Part shown: positions 19,100 through 43,381 of the stretch, in pieces
Position numbering within the stretch: position 1 is the stretch's first letter
Layout: each line of letters begins with the position of its first letter
From: Macrostomum lignano
Lineage: Eukaryota
DNA: 52,462 bases
Direction of reading: 5' to 3'
Assembly: GCA_002269645.1 (NCBI GenBank)
Contig: NIVC01001738.1
Location: forward strand, 1 to 52,462
Made by a program: the position numbers and the translations under genes
The notes under the pieces: model-generated
What the model was told of the DNA's origin: nothing
What the model saw: the letters and a program-made list of their open reading frames with translations, nothing else
Databases searched by the model: none

Positions 19100-21160
19100 G
19101 CAGCTGTAGCAGCAGCAGCAACAAACAGCATCAGAGACAGCAGCACAGACAGTAGCAGCAACAACAACAGCATCAGAGACAGCAGCAGAGACAGCAGCGA
19201 GACAGCAGCAGAGACAGCAGCAGAGACAGCAGCACAGACAGCATCAGAGACAGCCTCAGAGACAGCATCAGAGACAGCATCAGAGACAGCATCAGAGACA
19301 GCAGCAGAGACAGCAGCAGAAACAGCAGCAGAGACAGCATCAGAGACAGCCTCAGAGACAGCATCAGAGACAGCATCAGAGACAGCATCAGAGACAGCAG
19401 CAGAGACAGCATCAGAGACAGCAGCACAGACAGCAGCAGAGACAGCAGCACAGACAGCAGCAGAGACAGCAGCAGAGACAGCAGCACAGACAGCAGCAGA
19501 GACAGCATCAGAGACAGCAGCAGAAACAGCAGCAGAGACACAGCAGCAGCAGCAACAACAACAGCAGCAGAGACAGCAGCAGCAACAACAACAGCATCAG
19601 AGACAGCAGCATAGACAGTAGCAGCAACAACAACAGCATCAGAGACAGCAGCAGAGACAGCAGCACAGACAGCAGCAGAGACAGCAGCAGAGACAGCAGC
19701 AGAGACAGCATCAGAGACAGCAGCACAGACAGCAGCAGAGACAGCAGCACAGACAGCAGCAGAGACAGCATCAGAGACAGCAGCAGAAACAGCAGCAGAG
19801 ACACAGCAGCAGCAGCAACAACAACAGCAGCAGAGACAGCAGCAGCAACAACAACAGCATCAGAGACAGCAGCATAGACAGTAGCAGCAACAACAACAGC
19901 ATCAGAGACAGCAGCAGAGACAGCAGCAGAGACAGCAGCAGAGACAGCAGCACAGACAGCAGCAGAGACAGCAGCACAGACAGCAGCAGAGACAGCAGCA
20001 GATACAGCAGCACAGACAGCAGCAGAGACAGCAGCAGAGACAGCATCAGAGACAGCAGCACAGACAGCAGCAGAGACAGCAGCAGAGACAGCAGCAGAGA
20101 CAGCAGCAGAGACAGCAGCAGAGACGGCATCAGAGACAGCATCAGAGACAGCATCAGAGACAGCATCAGAGACAGCATCAGAGACAGCAGCACAGACAGC
20201 AGCAGAGACAGCAGCACAGACAGCAGCACAGACAGCAGCAGAGACAGCAGCACAGACAGCAGCAGAGACAGCAGCACAGACAGCATCAGAGACAGCCTCA
20301 GAGACAGCATCAGAGACAGCATCAGAGACAGCATCAGAGACAGCAGCAGAGACAGCAGCAGAGACAGCAGCAGAGACAGCAGCACAGACAGCAGCACAGA
20401 CAGCAGCACAGACAGCAGCAGAGACAGCAGCAGAGACAGCAGCACAGACAGCAGCACAGACAGCAGCACAGACAGCAGCACAGACAGCAGCAGAGACAGC
20501 AGCAGAGACAGCAGCAGAGACAGCAGCACAGACAGCAGCACAGACAGCAGCAGAGACAGCATCAGAGACAGCAGCAGATACAGCAGCACAGACAGCAGCA
20601 GAGACAGCAGCAGAGACAGCAGCAGAGACAGCATCAGAGACAGCAGCAGAGACAGCAGCACAGACAGCAGCAGAGACAGCAGCACAGACAGCAGCAGAGA
20701 CAGCAGCAGAGACAGCATCAGAGACAGCAGCAGAGACAGCAGCACAGACAGCAGCAGAGACAGCAGCACAGACAGCAGCAGAGACAGCAGCACAGACAGC
20801 ATCAGAGACAGCAGCACAGACAGCAGCACAGACAGCAGCAGAGACAGCAGCACAGACAGCAGCACAGACAGCAGCACAGACAGCAGCAGAGACAGCAGCA
20901 GAGACAGCAGCACAGACAGCAGCACAGACAGCAGCAGAGACAGCAGCACAGACAGCAGCACAGACAGCAGCAGAGACAGCAGCAGAGACAGCAGCAGAGA
21001 CAGCAGCACAGACAGCAGCACAGACAGCAGCACAGACAGCAGCAGAGACAGCAGCAGAGACAGCAGCAGAGACAGCAGCACAGACAGCAGCACAGACAGC
21101 AGCAGAGACAGCATCAGAGACAGCAGCAGATACAGCAGCAGCAACAACAACAGCATCAGA
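19100..21160. repeat. 12-bp minisatellite (GAGACAGCAGCA with CAC/CAT variants), about 170 copies
   Basis: Direct tandem periodicity; it lies where the repeat-bearing last exon sits in the neighbouring paralogues. Confidence 0.95.
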
Positions 21161-21886
21161 AACAGCCGGATCTGAAGAAGAAGCTGTAGCAACAGCAACG
21201 GAAAAAGCAACAGCATTCACCGCTTCAGAAACAATAGCAACAGCAACTGCCGTGTCGTCTGTACCAGCATTAGTGTGGCAATTGTTCCAACTGAAGTTGG
21301 AGTTTTACAAAAAAATATGGTGAAAACTAATCTTTCCTATGTAGAAATATACTGCTTCTACGTTTGCACTGTTGCTAATGTCGAGCCATTTCTTTCGTAT
21401 TGCGTACGCACCCATTTACCAATGTTCACCAATTAAGGAAACCACAAGGAAGTTATTCATGCAAAACGCTTATGAGTAAAATTTTATCAATTGCTTTTTG
21501 ATTGAAGTCTTAACTGATATGATATGTTTGTCCATACTGGTAGACTGACGATAGTAAACTTCTTTTTGTAACTTCAGCTAGAAAAGCTTTTCTACCTTGC
21601 TCCTACGCTGATTAAAGTAACAGTCCCTTCTCTTAAGACTATTACCAGTATTTAAAATTTTTTCTAACATACTAATAAGCTCGCTTAAGTCAACAGTGCC
21701 ATAGCCTATTTTAAGAGAAAACACTGGCTGGGCCCACACTCTCCTCTAGTCCCCGATGGTCAAGCTGAACTCCACTGAGCATATGCAAACAAAGGAATGA
21801 CGAAGCTAAATGAAACACTACGCTGCATGGCTTTTAGTACAGAAATTCTCTCTTCCCCTCCCCCTGGCTAGGCTGTACTGTTTTCT

Positions 21887-21900
21887 GGTGTCATAGCAAC
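21887..21900 (+). promoter_or_regulatory. X-box-like element upstream of scramblase paralogue 3
   Basis: GGTGTCATAGCAAC shares the CATAGCAAC half-site with the 14511 box, about 160 bp before the ATG at 22061. Confidence 0.45.
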
Positions 21901-22060
21901 CTGGTGGGTTCAGAGCTGCATGTATGGGGAGAGAAATTGAATCTGACATGCAAAATGCTCGCCCAATTCTCCAGCCAAGACTTGACTCTACGAGCGTATT
22001 TTACATATCAAAAGTGTCAGCCGTTCAAGAGAAAAATTTTCAAAGTTGAGTACTTTGAAA

Positions 22061-24457
22061 ATGAGTCGCATTGAGCCAGAACCACCGGCGTATCCGGGAC
22101 TGCAAGGGCAGCATCCGTTGCCTCTAGATGGTGCACCAGAGCCTAGTCATCGCGATAGACTGGAGAACCTGCTGACTTTAGAAACGGTGCTACTGCATCA
22201 GAAAAAGGATATCATGTCAAGTGAGTAGCAATATTATTTTATTACAAACCAAAATGAGTACCTTCTGGCATTTGGCAACAAAACTAATGCATGTATCTTG
22301 TCATTCACTTTCCACTTCAACTTGCAGCCCTAACTGGAGTTCGATTACCGAACTCGTACTCGTTGAAGACGGTTAACGACGAGCAGATTTTCTTCTTAAA
22401 AGAGAGTAGGCAGTTGGTGGCTTCAAAAAGTTGATTTAGAACCAGAGAGACTACTTAATGAGCGGCTGATAATTTGGGCATGCTCCGACGTCATCGAGCC
22501 TTCACTGTCGGCGCAGTGGACTCTACCGGCAGGGAGGCGGCGGTGTTTGTGAGGAAGCCAAAATCGACCAACTGCATCGGATGCTGCGCCTGTGGCGAAA
22601 AGTACATGGACGACATCACTGTAGAGTCGCCGCCAGGTCAAGCGGTGGGTCAGATCAAGCAGGTGTACAGCTGCAGCGGCTTTAGGTACATGATCAATGA
22701 CGCCAATGGCGAGGCAGTGTTTCGCATCGACGGTTTGGACTACTGCATCTGCTGCCCGGGCTCTAAACCGTTGGAGTTTCCGGTGACCTCAGCTGAAGGA
22801 TCCGGGGCGCAGGTGGCCTCAATTACCAAGACGCTGAACACCGGCATGCAGCGTTTAATGGTGCCTGGAGCGGAAACTTTCACCATCAACATGCCGAAGG
22901 ATTTGCACCTGAACATGAAGCTCACCCTGATTGGAGCGTGCATTCTTTTTGTGAGTCGGGATGAATTTACCTGAATAGACCGACCTGTAGGAATCTAAAA
23001 AAATTCTAGCACAGCAAATAGTATTGATTCAGAAGAATTTGTCAGGGTTGAAAGCCCAGCCTTAAATACGGTTCGTAGAGGACAGTGTTGGCAACCCCAA
23101 TTAATTTGATCGGTCGAAATCGCTGTCTTCCTCGATCGGGTATTTTTTCTGGAGTCACTAAACGATTCACTGAATCTGGGAGGCCATGGAATTGGAATGG
23201 CCGGTCTCCGTCACGCTGAGCAGGACCTACATGTAGGTAATTAATTTGTCTATGGTACAAGCAGTACCATGGCAGCGATTCGTAGAGCAGTAATTTGTGA
23301 TTTGTTGTGCCAAACATCCTCACCATTCCTTAAAACCTCCGCAGGACTTCATGTACTTTGATCTACAACCTATGGGTGCTGGCCAGAATCGCCGTCGAAA
23401 TCAAATGATGATGCAGTATCAGATGGCTCTGAATATTCAGCAGCAGCAATTGCAAATCAACGCTCAGAATCAGTATCCACACCCAAATGGGCAGCAACCT
23501 CATGCTCCGCCGCCTCAGAACCAGTACACACACCATAATGAGCAGCAGCTTCATGCTCCGCCGCCTCAGAACCAGTACACACACCCTAATGAGCAGCAGC
23601 TTCATGCCCCGCCGCCTCAGAACCAGTACACACACCATAATGAGCAGCAGCTTCATGCTCCGCCGCCTCAGAACCAGTACACACACCCTAATGAGCAGCA
23701 GCTTCATGCTCCGCCGCCTCAGAACCAGTACACACACACTAATGAGCAGCAGCTTCATGCTCCGCCGCCTCAGAACCAGTACACACACCCTATTGAGCAG
23801 CAGCTTCATGCCCCGCCGCCTCAGAACCAGTACACACACCCTAATGAGCAGCAGCTTCATGCCCCGCCGCCTCAGAACCAGTACACACACCCTAATGAGC
23901 AGCAGCTTCATGCTCCGCCGCCTCAGAACCAGTACACACACCCTAATGAGCAGCAGCTTCATGCTCCGCCGCCTCAGAACCAGTACACACACCCTAATGA
24001 GCAGCAGCTTCATGCTCCGCCGCCTCAGAACCAGTACACACACCCTAATGAGCAGCAGCTTCATGCTCCGCCGCCTCAGAACCAGTACACACACCCTAAT
24101 GAGCAGCAGCTTCATGCCCCGCCGCCTCAGAACCAGTACACACACCCTAATGAGCAGCAGCTTCATGCTCCGCCGCCTCAGAACCAGTACACACACACTA
24201 ATGAGCAGCAGCTTCATGCTCCGCCGCCTCAGAACCAGTACACACACCCTAATGAGCAGCAGCTTCATGCTCCGCCGCCTCAGAACCAGTACACACACCC
24301 TAATGAGCAGCAGCTTCATGCTCCGCCGCCTCAGAACCAGTACACACACACTAATGAGCAGCAGCTTCATGCCCCGCCGCCTCAGAACCAGTACACACAC
24401 CCTAATGAGCAGCAGCAGAAGCAGCACGATGAAACAGCCAATGAAATGATGTTCTGA
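22061..24457 (+). CDS. PLSCR: Phospholipid scramblase-like paralogue 3. Exons 22061-22220, 22328-22405, about 22463-22950 (5' boundary uncertain), 23345-24457
   Basis: PPAYPG, LENLLTLETVLLHQKK, 78-nt exon 2, HRAFTV..VESPPG..GAETFTINMPKDLHLNMKLTLIGACILF|DFMYFD; long Gln/Pro/His repeat tail. Confidence 0.85.
23470..24420 (+). repeat. 51-bp coding repeat (NQYTHPNEQQLHAPPPQ), about 18 copies
   Basis: Near-identical tandem units, in frame within the last exon of paralogue 3. Confidence 0.95.
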
Positions 24458-24824
24458 CCGAACTAACTGAATCGAAAAAAACTGTGCAAATTCGTTGGTA
24501 ATCGTTTAGCGCCAATGCTTTGACACACGCTTATGTTTAATCCTTTTATTTATGAGCCGCGTTCTCGGCCTATCTATCTATCAGAAATATAAAGCTATGA
24601 GATTAATAAAGCAAGAAAAGTTAATCCCAACATTTGTTAAAATTGAACGACACTTCGCTCTTCATAGAGCATCGCCAATGTGTAGCTTTTTGACTGTTTA
24701 TGTATCACCGTAGAGGTACTCGTAGATTTTAACCACAACCTGACAATCGATGTTTGAACTTGTAGATGGACAACTTGGCAGTTCCCATGCTTAGCGGGCA
24801 CAACATAGCAAAACCCCAATCAGA

Positions 24825-25555
24825 GGAACCCCAGTCAGTGGTATCCCAGTCAGTGCAATCCCAGTCAGTGCAATCCCAGTCAGTGCAATCCCAGTCAGTG
24901 CAATCCCAGTCAGTGCAATCCCAGTCAGTGCAATCCCAGTCAGTGCAATCCCAGTCAGTGCAATCCCAGTCAGTGCAATCCCAGTCAGTTGCAATCCCAG
25001 TCAGTGCAATCCCAGTCAGTGCAATCCCAGTCAGTTGCAATCCCAGTCAGTTGCAATCCCAGTCAGTGCAATCCCAGTCAGTGCAATCCCAGTCAGTGCA
25101 ATCCCAGTCAGTGCAATCCCAGTCAGTGCAATCCCAGTCAGTGCAATCCCAGTCAGTGCAATCCCAGTCAGTGCAATCCCAGTCAGTGCAATCCCAGTCA
25201 GTGCAATCCCAGTCAGTGGTATCCCAGTCAGTGCAATCCCAGTCAGTGCAATCCCAGTCAGTGCAACCCCAGTCAGTGCAATCCCAGTCAGTGCAATCCC
25301 AGTCAGTGCAATCCCAGTCAGTGCAATCCCAGTCAGTGCAACCCCAGTCAGTGCAATCCCAGTCAGTGCAATCCCAGTCAGTGCAATCCCAGTCAGTGCA
25401 ATCCCAGTCAGTGCAACCCCAGTCAGTGCAATCCCAGTCAGTGCAATCCCAGTCAGTGCAATCCCAGTCAGTGCAATCCCAGTCAGTGGTATCCCAGTCA
25501 GTGCAATCCCAGTCAGTGCAATCCCAGTCAGTGCAATCCCAGTCAGTGCAATCTC
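24825..25555. repeat. 15-bp minisatellite (CCAGTCAGTGCAATC), about 48 copies, intergenic
   Basis: Direct tandem periodicity. Confidence 0.95.
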
Positions 25556-26114
25556 CGTTAAATCTATAAATGACAACAGCCTTTACAGATTTAGGAATAG
25601 GCCAACAAAAGTTGAATAAACTAGCTAGCGCTACTATGTACATTCAAGTGTATGTACACACAGAGTGTACATAGCCACTTATTTTCAACCCGCAGCTGTC
25701 CTTTCTGCCCCCACCCTACATACCCCTGATTGGCTCTGGACCAAATTAGATAGAGTGCAGAAGGGGTTGAGGGACGTCAAAGGTTGGTTTATGACCTTCA
25801 GTGTGGCCTCAACCTTTGATTTGTTTATTATTTGCAAGTGCAGTGCCATTTTATGTCTGTGAAGTAAGTGTTATTGATGATCATGTAAACAAGATTACGC
25901 TTAGTGACATCACCGTAACCTCGTGCTCTTGTCAAGACCCCTACTGTTTAAGTTTTTAGCACCAGACCGATACGAATCGAAAAATAGAATTTCATTGACA
26001 CAATTGATTAAAAGTCCAATGTGCATGGAAATTCCGTTGAAAACGTTTATAAATAACTTTGTGTGGTGTGTGGCTACCCCAAAATCTAGAACTCTGTGTT
26101 TAGGTACCTGAGCC

Positions 26115-27680
<1,566 letters not shown>

Positions 27681-28258
27681 TGCTGGGTTTAGGGTTAGAG
27701 TTAGGGTTGCAATTTTTCAAGGTGAACTTTGTGTTTTAACTCTGTTTCAATATCGCCATTTTAATTTGAATTATACCGGTCAGTTTAAACTACAAATATA
27801 CTTCGAAAAAATGGTGTTATTCACTCCGCACTAGACTCACGGCATTTCACTGACTTTCACTGACCGCATTTGGAAGCCGTGTATTGCTGCCGTTTAAACT
27901 GAATAAATTCTCAATGTATATTATAGGGCGTTGGCTATCGCACACAGACCGTTGAGATTAGGGCTGAAGTTTTGAATTTCGAGAATAACTAGAGAAAGAG
28001 AAAGAGAGAGAGAGAAAGGTTGTGAGTCCCTGGTGTTGATTGCGCTCAAAAGTAATGTACACCGAATTCAGCCAACAGCAGATAAGACCGCTGTAGGGCG
28101 AGCGATCTAAGACCTTTGAGCTATACTTAAGATCCACGTGAGATAGCGCAAGAGATCTGACCAATTCAGTTGACAAGAGCCGTCAAAAATTTCTGCTTTT
28201 TGAGTAAAGAGAAAAAGCTGAAAATTAGCTGAAAGAAGACAGCAGCTGCAGCAGTGAG

Positions 28259-28534
28259 ATGGCCGACACCACCGCGCCACCAGGAGTGACCAGCCCGGGC
28301 CCGACCCAGTTCGTGCTGGCCACACCCGAGAGAGTCATTGTGGTGGTCTTCATCGGGATCGCCCTGGCAGCACTGTCACTGGTTACCTGCGCCATCACGC
28401 ACCTGAGGCGGACCGCGCTGGCCAATAAGTTGCGCTGTCCTGGCAAGGGCCAGCCCTACACTGTCAATCCGCCGAATAAGGAGGCACCGCCGGATGAAGA
28501 GGCGGCAGCTGGGACTGCAGATGGCAGGGTCTGA
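28259..28534 (+). CDS. Putative small single-pass membrane protein (91 aa)
   Basis: ATG in a GAGATGG context, one hydrophobic segment VIVVVFIGIALAALSLVTCAI followed by basic residues (HLRR), GC-rich codon usage like nearby exons, AATAAA about 50 nt after the stop. No family recognised. Confidence 0.5.
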   Translation: MADTTAPPGVTSPGPTQFVLATPERVIVVVFIGIALAALSLVTCAITHLRRTALANKLRCPGKGQPYTVNPPNKEAPPDEEAAAGTADGRV

Positions 28535-28634
28535 GTTCAGGAGAGTCGAGGGCCTCTGTGCTGTTTGCTTTGATTGTTTTATTGTCAATAAAACTGTCCT
28601 TTTTATGTCCTAGTTGTCCCTGATCTCGTGTCTT

Positions 28635-29290
28635 CCCATCCCCTTCTCTCCTCGCTCTTCTCTTCATCCCCTTCTCTCCCCGCTCTTCTCTTCATCCCCT
28701 TCTCTCCCCGCTCTTCTCTTCATCCCCTTCTCTTCCCGCTCTTCTCTTCATCCCCTTCTCTCCCCGCTCTTCTCTTCATCCCCTTCTCTCCCCGCTCTTC
28801 TCTTCATCCCCTTCTCTCCCCGCTCTTCTCTTCATCCCCTTCTCTTCCCGCTCTTCTCTTCATCCCCTTCTCTCCCCGCTCTTCTCTTCATCCCCTTCTC
28901 TCCCTGCTCTTCTCCTCATCCCCTTCTCTCCCCGCTCTTCTCCTCATCCCCTTCTCTCCCCGCTCTTCTCCTCATCCCCTTCTCTCCCTGCTCTTCTCCT
29001 CATCCCCTTCTCTCCCTGCTCTTCTCCTCATCTCCTTCTCTCCTCGCTCTTCTCATCCCCTTCTCTCCCTGCTCTTCTCCTCATCTCCTTCTCTCCCTGC
29101 TCTTCTCATCCCCTTCTCTCCCTGCTCTTCTCCTCATCTCCTTCTCTCCCTGCTCTTCTCATCCCCTTCTCTCCCTGCTCTTCTCCTCATCCCCTTCTCT
29201 CCTCGCTCTTCTCATCTCCTTCTCTCCCTGCTCTTCTCCTCATCTCCTTCTCTCCCTGCTCTTCTCCTCATCTCCTTCTCTCCCTGCTCC
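28635..29290. repeat. Pyrimidine-rich minisatellite of about 28 bp (CATCCCCTTCTCTCCCCGCTCTTCTCTT)
   Basis: Tandem periodicity with drift towards the 3' end. Confidence 0.9.
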
Positions 29291-29759
29291 CCTCCCAATC
29301 CACTCCTCCCTGTTTTCTATTCTCCTTCCTTCCTTTTCTTTCTTTGAGCCAATTCGAATATTTGATCTGATTCATATCAAAGAATCCACTGATTTCTTGT
29401 ATTCAATTTTAGCTGTTGTACAAAGTGAAAAAGTGCGGGCTTTCTTGCTAGCTAAGCCGGGTGGGGGTCGTTTTTGTTCGTTTAAATTTAAGAGCTTGAA
29501 AGCAGATGTGATGAGAAACGTAATGTTTTTCCGTACTGTACTTTCCGTGCAAATAATACTTGCGGCTTGAGCTCTCAGAAATGACAGCATGAGACACTTA
29601 TGTCTGTTCCGGCGAATGTTCCCGCCCCTTATAAGATAATTTTGATTTATATTTTTCTACGAGTATTATTTAAACGAGACCATTGTCTGACACTTAAAAG
29701 TATAGCTTTTTCTTTCTTAATTATATTTGATTCCGAGTCTGTTGAGATAGGGCTGCAGC

Positions 29760-30845
29760 ATTGGGTGAATGGGTGCTGTTGTGAGTGAATGGATGCTGTT
29801 GTGAGTGAATGGGTGCTGTTGCGTGTGAATGGGTGCTGTTGTGAGTGAATGGGTGCTGTTGTGAGTGAATGGGTGCTGTTGTGAGTGAATGGGTGCTGTT
29901 GCGTGTGAATGGGTGCTGTTGTGAGTGAATGGATGCTGTTGTGAGTGAATGGGTGCTGTTGCGTGTGAATGGGTGCTGTTGTGAGTGAATGGGTGCTGTT
30001 GTGAGTGAATGGGTGCTGTTGTGAGTAAATGGGTGCTGTTGTGAGTGAATGGGTGCTGTTGTGAGTGAATGGGTGCTGTTGTGAGTGAATGGGTGCTGTT
30101 GCGTGTGAATGGGTGCTGTTGCGTGTGAATGGGTGCTGTTGTGAGTGAATGGGTGCTGTTGTGAGTGAATGGGTGCTGTTGTGAGTGAATGGGTGCTGTT
30201 GCGTGTGAATGGGTGCTGTTGTGAGTGAATGGGTGCTGTTGTGAGTGAATGGGTGCTGTTGCGTGTGAATGGGTGCTGTTGTGAGTGAATGGGTGCTGTT
30301 GTGAGTGAATGGGTGCTGTTCTGAGTGAATGGGTGCTGTTGTGAGTGAATGGGTGCTGTTGCGTGTGAATGGGTGCTGTTGTGAGTGAATGGGTGCTGTT
30401 GTGAGTGAATGGGTGCTGTTGTGAGTGAATGGGTGCTGTTGTGAGTGAATGGGTGCTGTTGTGAGTGAATGGGTGCTGTTGTGAGTGAATGGGTGCTGTT
30501 GCGTGTGAATGGGTGCTGTTGTGAGTGAATGGGTGCTGTTGTGAGTGAATGGGTGCTGTTGTGAGTGAATGGGTGCTGTTGTGAGTGAATGGGTGCTGTT
30601 GTGAGTGAATGGGTGCTGTTGTGAGTGAATGGGTGCTGTTGTGAGTGAATGGGTGCTGTTGTGAGTGAATGGGTGCTGTTGTGAGTGAATGGGTGCTGTT
30701 GTGAGTGAATGGGTGCTGTTGCGTGTGAATGGGTGCTGTTGTGAGTGAATGGGTGCTGTTGTGAGTGAATGGGTGCTGTTGTGAGTGAATGGGTGTTTTT
30801 GTGAGTGAATGGGTGCTGTTGCGTGTGAATAGGTGCTGTTGTGAG
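29760..30845. repeat. 20-bp minisatellite (GTGAGTGAATGGGTGCTGTT), about 54 copies
   Basis: Direct tandem periodicity with a recurring GCGTGT variant. Confidence 0.97.
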
Positions 30846-31415
30846 TTAACGGTTGTTATTGTGGTCGAAAGGGTGCAGTCGTGGGTGAATAGTATTGTAG
30901 ATGAATGGGTATCATTTTTAAGTCGTTTAAAGAGTCACACTACTGTTTTAAAGTAATAGCTAATAAAGAAAAAGGCAAAAAATGATGTAGAATATTTTAT
31001 CCAGGAGTAAATAAATATTTTCCTGCACGTGAACTTCTATTTTGAGCTGAAAAAGAGTACGGAATCTTAAAACAACTGTTTGGCTACAAAAGCAGTTAAT
31101 ACAAGGCTTTCTTGGAGATTAAAAAAATTCCTTTAATTGAAATAAAATTCAGTATTTTAGCACGATGGGGGTGCAAGAAATACTTTGCTGAAATAAGAGT
31201 TCGAAAAAGTAAAAAATAGCACAGAGACCAAAGCAGAAGACAGATTGTTTGTGCTCGTACCGTACACCAGAGCGATAAAATCACAGCTATGCTCGTATTT
31301 AAATTTGACAACCTGCTTGGAGTAAAAAGTACGAAGTATAAATATCTCTTTAGCAGCTGCTCAGAATGAGAAGTGAATACGTATTAAATTTCTTGAAGCC
31401 AAATCAATCGAGATT

Positions 31416-41512
<10,097 letters not shown>

Positions 41513-43250
41513 GGCAGCCGCTTACTTCCAATGATTATGATACTCAGATCAGATGCGACAGAAAATGTGAAAGGAACAGCGAAGTTAAAATTTAGCCACT
41601 CGAAATGTCTTAGTAGTAATTAGTTAAACAAAAGTTGGAGCATCTTTAGTATGGACCAAAAAATATAATAAGAGTATTTTAAGGAAAAACGTTTTTTACT
41701 TTAAATAAAAGAGAATATTGTTCTGCTATCTGTTCCTCGACAAAACGCGCAATGTTTAAAATTCTTGTGTTAAATAATTACGTCAAACGGTTCTCTGTTG
41801 AGTTATACTCAAGTCAATTCATAACTAAATATTATCCTGTTTTGAACATGGAATGCGTTACAAATTTTTATTATTATAAAATTATTATTAAATTATAATA
41901 TTTTATTATTATTGATGGGTTCGGCCTTTTTAAGCCTACGAGCGTATAGCTTCGGGCCTCAGAACTCAGAAATGAATCACTTAGAACTCTGGCCTCTCAC
42001 TCCTGTCAGATGGTCAGCCCCATGGTAGCTAGATTGTGGGCGAGCAGCAAGGTCCTATACCTAAGAGAAGACAGCGAGAGACAAGCAGGGAGAATTTGAA
42101 AGGTAGAGATTAGCTAATCCGCAGATTAACTAACCCGCTGCCACCAGTCCGTGCGCCCCGGCTCACCATACCGGAGCTATCGAAATCGGACTTCCGACTA
42201 GAGGGGCACTGCATTTACCTGCCATCTAGTGTCTTTTAGCTGTCTAAATCTCGAAGTCATAGCCGAATAGAAGGGACGCTGCTGGGACTAAGATCGCATT
42301 GGCCATGCAGGGACAGAGAGGACTTCTGCAGGGGGTTCTTGCGCTGGCGAGCCTCTATACACTACTAAATGTACTATTTCATTACTGAATTCCCAGAAGT
42401 ACATGTATAAGTACACGCAACTGTACGCTTTTGGCACTAAATGTGTTAACACGCCGACAGATAGCGATGATGTAGATGTATTGTTACTTTAGGAGACCTT
42501 CAGACTAATATTTATCTCGTTTTAGCCGCTTAGCTGCCTGAGGCCGCGCGAAAGCGCCAGTCTGGCACTTAATTCGCATGCTTATCATGATTTCTGAGAA
42601 CGACTGATTGACTGGGAACTGCGCCGCTTCCGGTCCACTGTGACCCCTGCCTCTAGATCTAGCCACTCATCTCAGCTGGCATTGCGAAAAAGAAAGAAAA
42701 CATTGAGTCTTTAACTTCCAGATTTAACTTTCTCACTTAATCCGCAATCCTAGACACTTTAGATTGAGTTAGAGCGAATGGCTACTTTTAATATTAACTG
42801 ACACTTCTGCCTCGAGATTGGCACACAAAAGCAAGTAAGCAAAAGTGCAAATCCTATCAGAATACCTAGGAAGGGGTCAGACAAAGGGCGCACCCAGTTA
42901 AGCAGGTCAAGAAAGCCTCTCACCAAACCAATCAGAGGACCTATCTGCCGGTAGCCAAGGAATCCACAGAGACCGCAGCGCTCGGATGGGATGCTGCTGC
43001 TGATCTTAACTGACGAGTGCCGCCGGTACTCTTCACCTGCCGGTTGTCGTTGCTGCTCTTAGATCACTGCCGGAAAATATCGATGATGCTTCTCAGGGAG
43101 AACTTAGCTGCTGAAGCCGGAACTGCCGGGGGAAGGGGGACCAGACGTCGAAGACGCTGCAGAAGCCGAAGGGGATCAGGTCGGCAGGTCTGGCTAAGGC
43201 CAAGGTAGGGATAACCACCAGTTACTTCGAGCGCGGGTCGAGTTGCCGCC

Positions 43251-43381
43251 TTTTATAGCTCTCAAGCGGCCGATTTGTTATAACGCGCGCCGAATTTTCT
43301 GATTGGTTGAGAGCTTTTGTTAAAATAGGCGCCGAATTTTCCGATTGGTCGAGCCGGGGGCAGTCAGGTGACTCTGATTGG
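43251..43381 (-). promoter_or_regulatory. Pol II promoter-like module: three CCAAT boxes and a TATAAAA box
   Basis: ATTGG at 43302, 43344 and 43377 (two inside a 21-bp direct repeat GCGCCGAATTTTCYGATTGGT) and TTTTATA at 43251-43257, all in minus-strand promoter orientation. Confidence 0.45.

Noticed and set aside
14688-21200. Reassignment of TAG to Gln, suggested by several TAGs in Gln-rich contexts
   Set aside because: TAG serves as the stop of the TRP gene (31416), long exons elsewhere contain no in-frame TAG, and CAG-to-TAG transitions explain the cases.
27685-27708. Telomeric repeat (GGGTTTAGGGTTAGAGTTAGGGTT)
   Set aside because: Only two perfect TTAGGG units; too short to call an interstitial telomere.
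29760-30845. CRISPR-like array (also considered for the other minisatellites)
   Set aside because: Units are head-to-tail with no unique spacers, there are no cas genes, and the DNA is eukaryotic.
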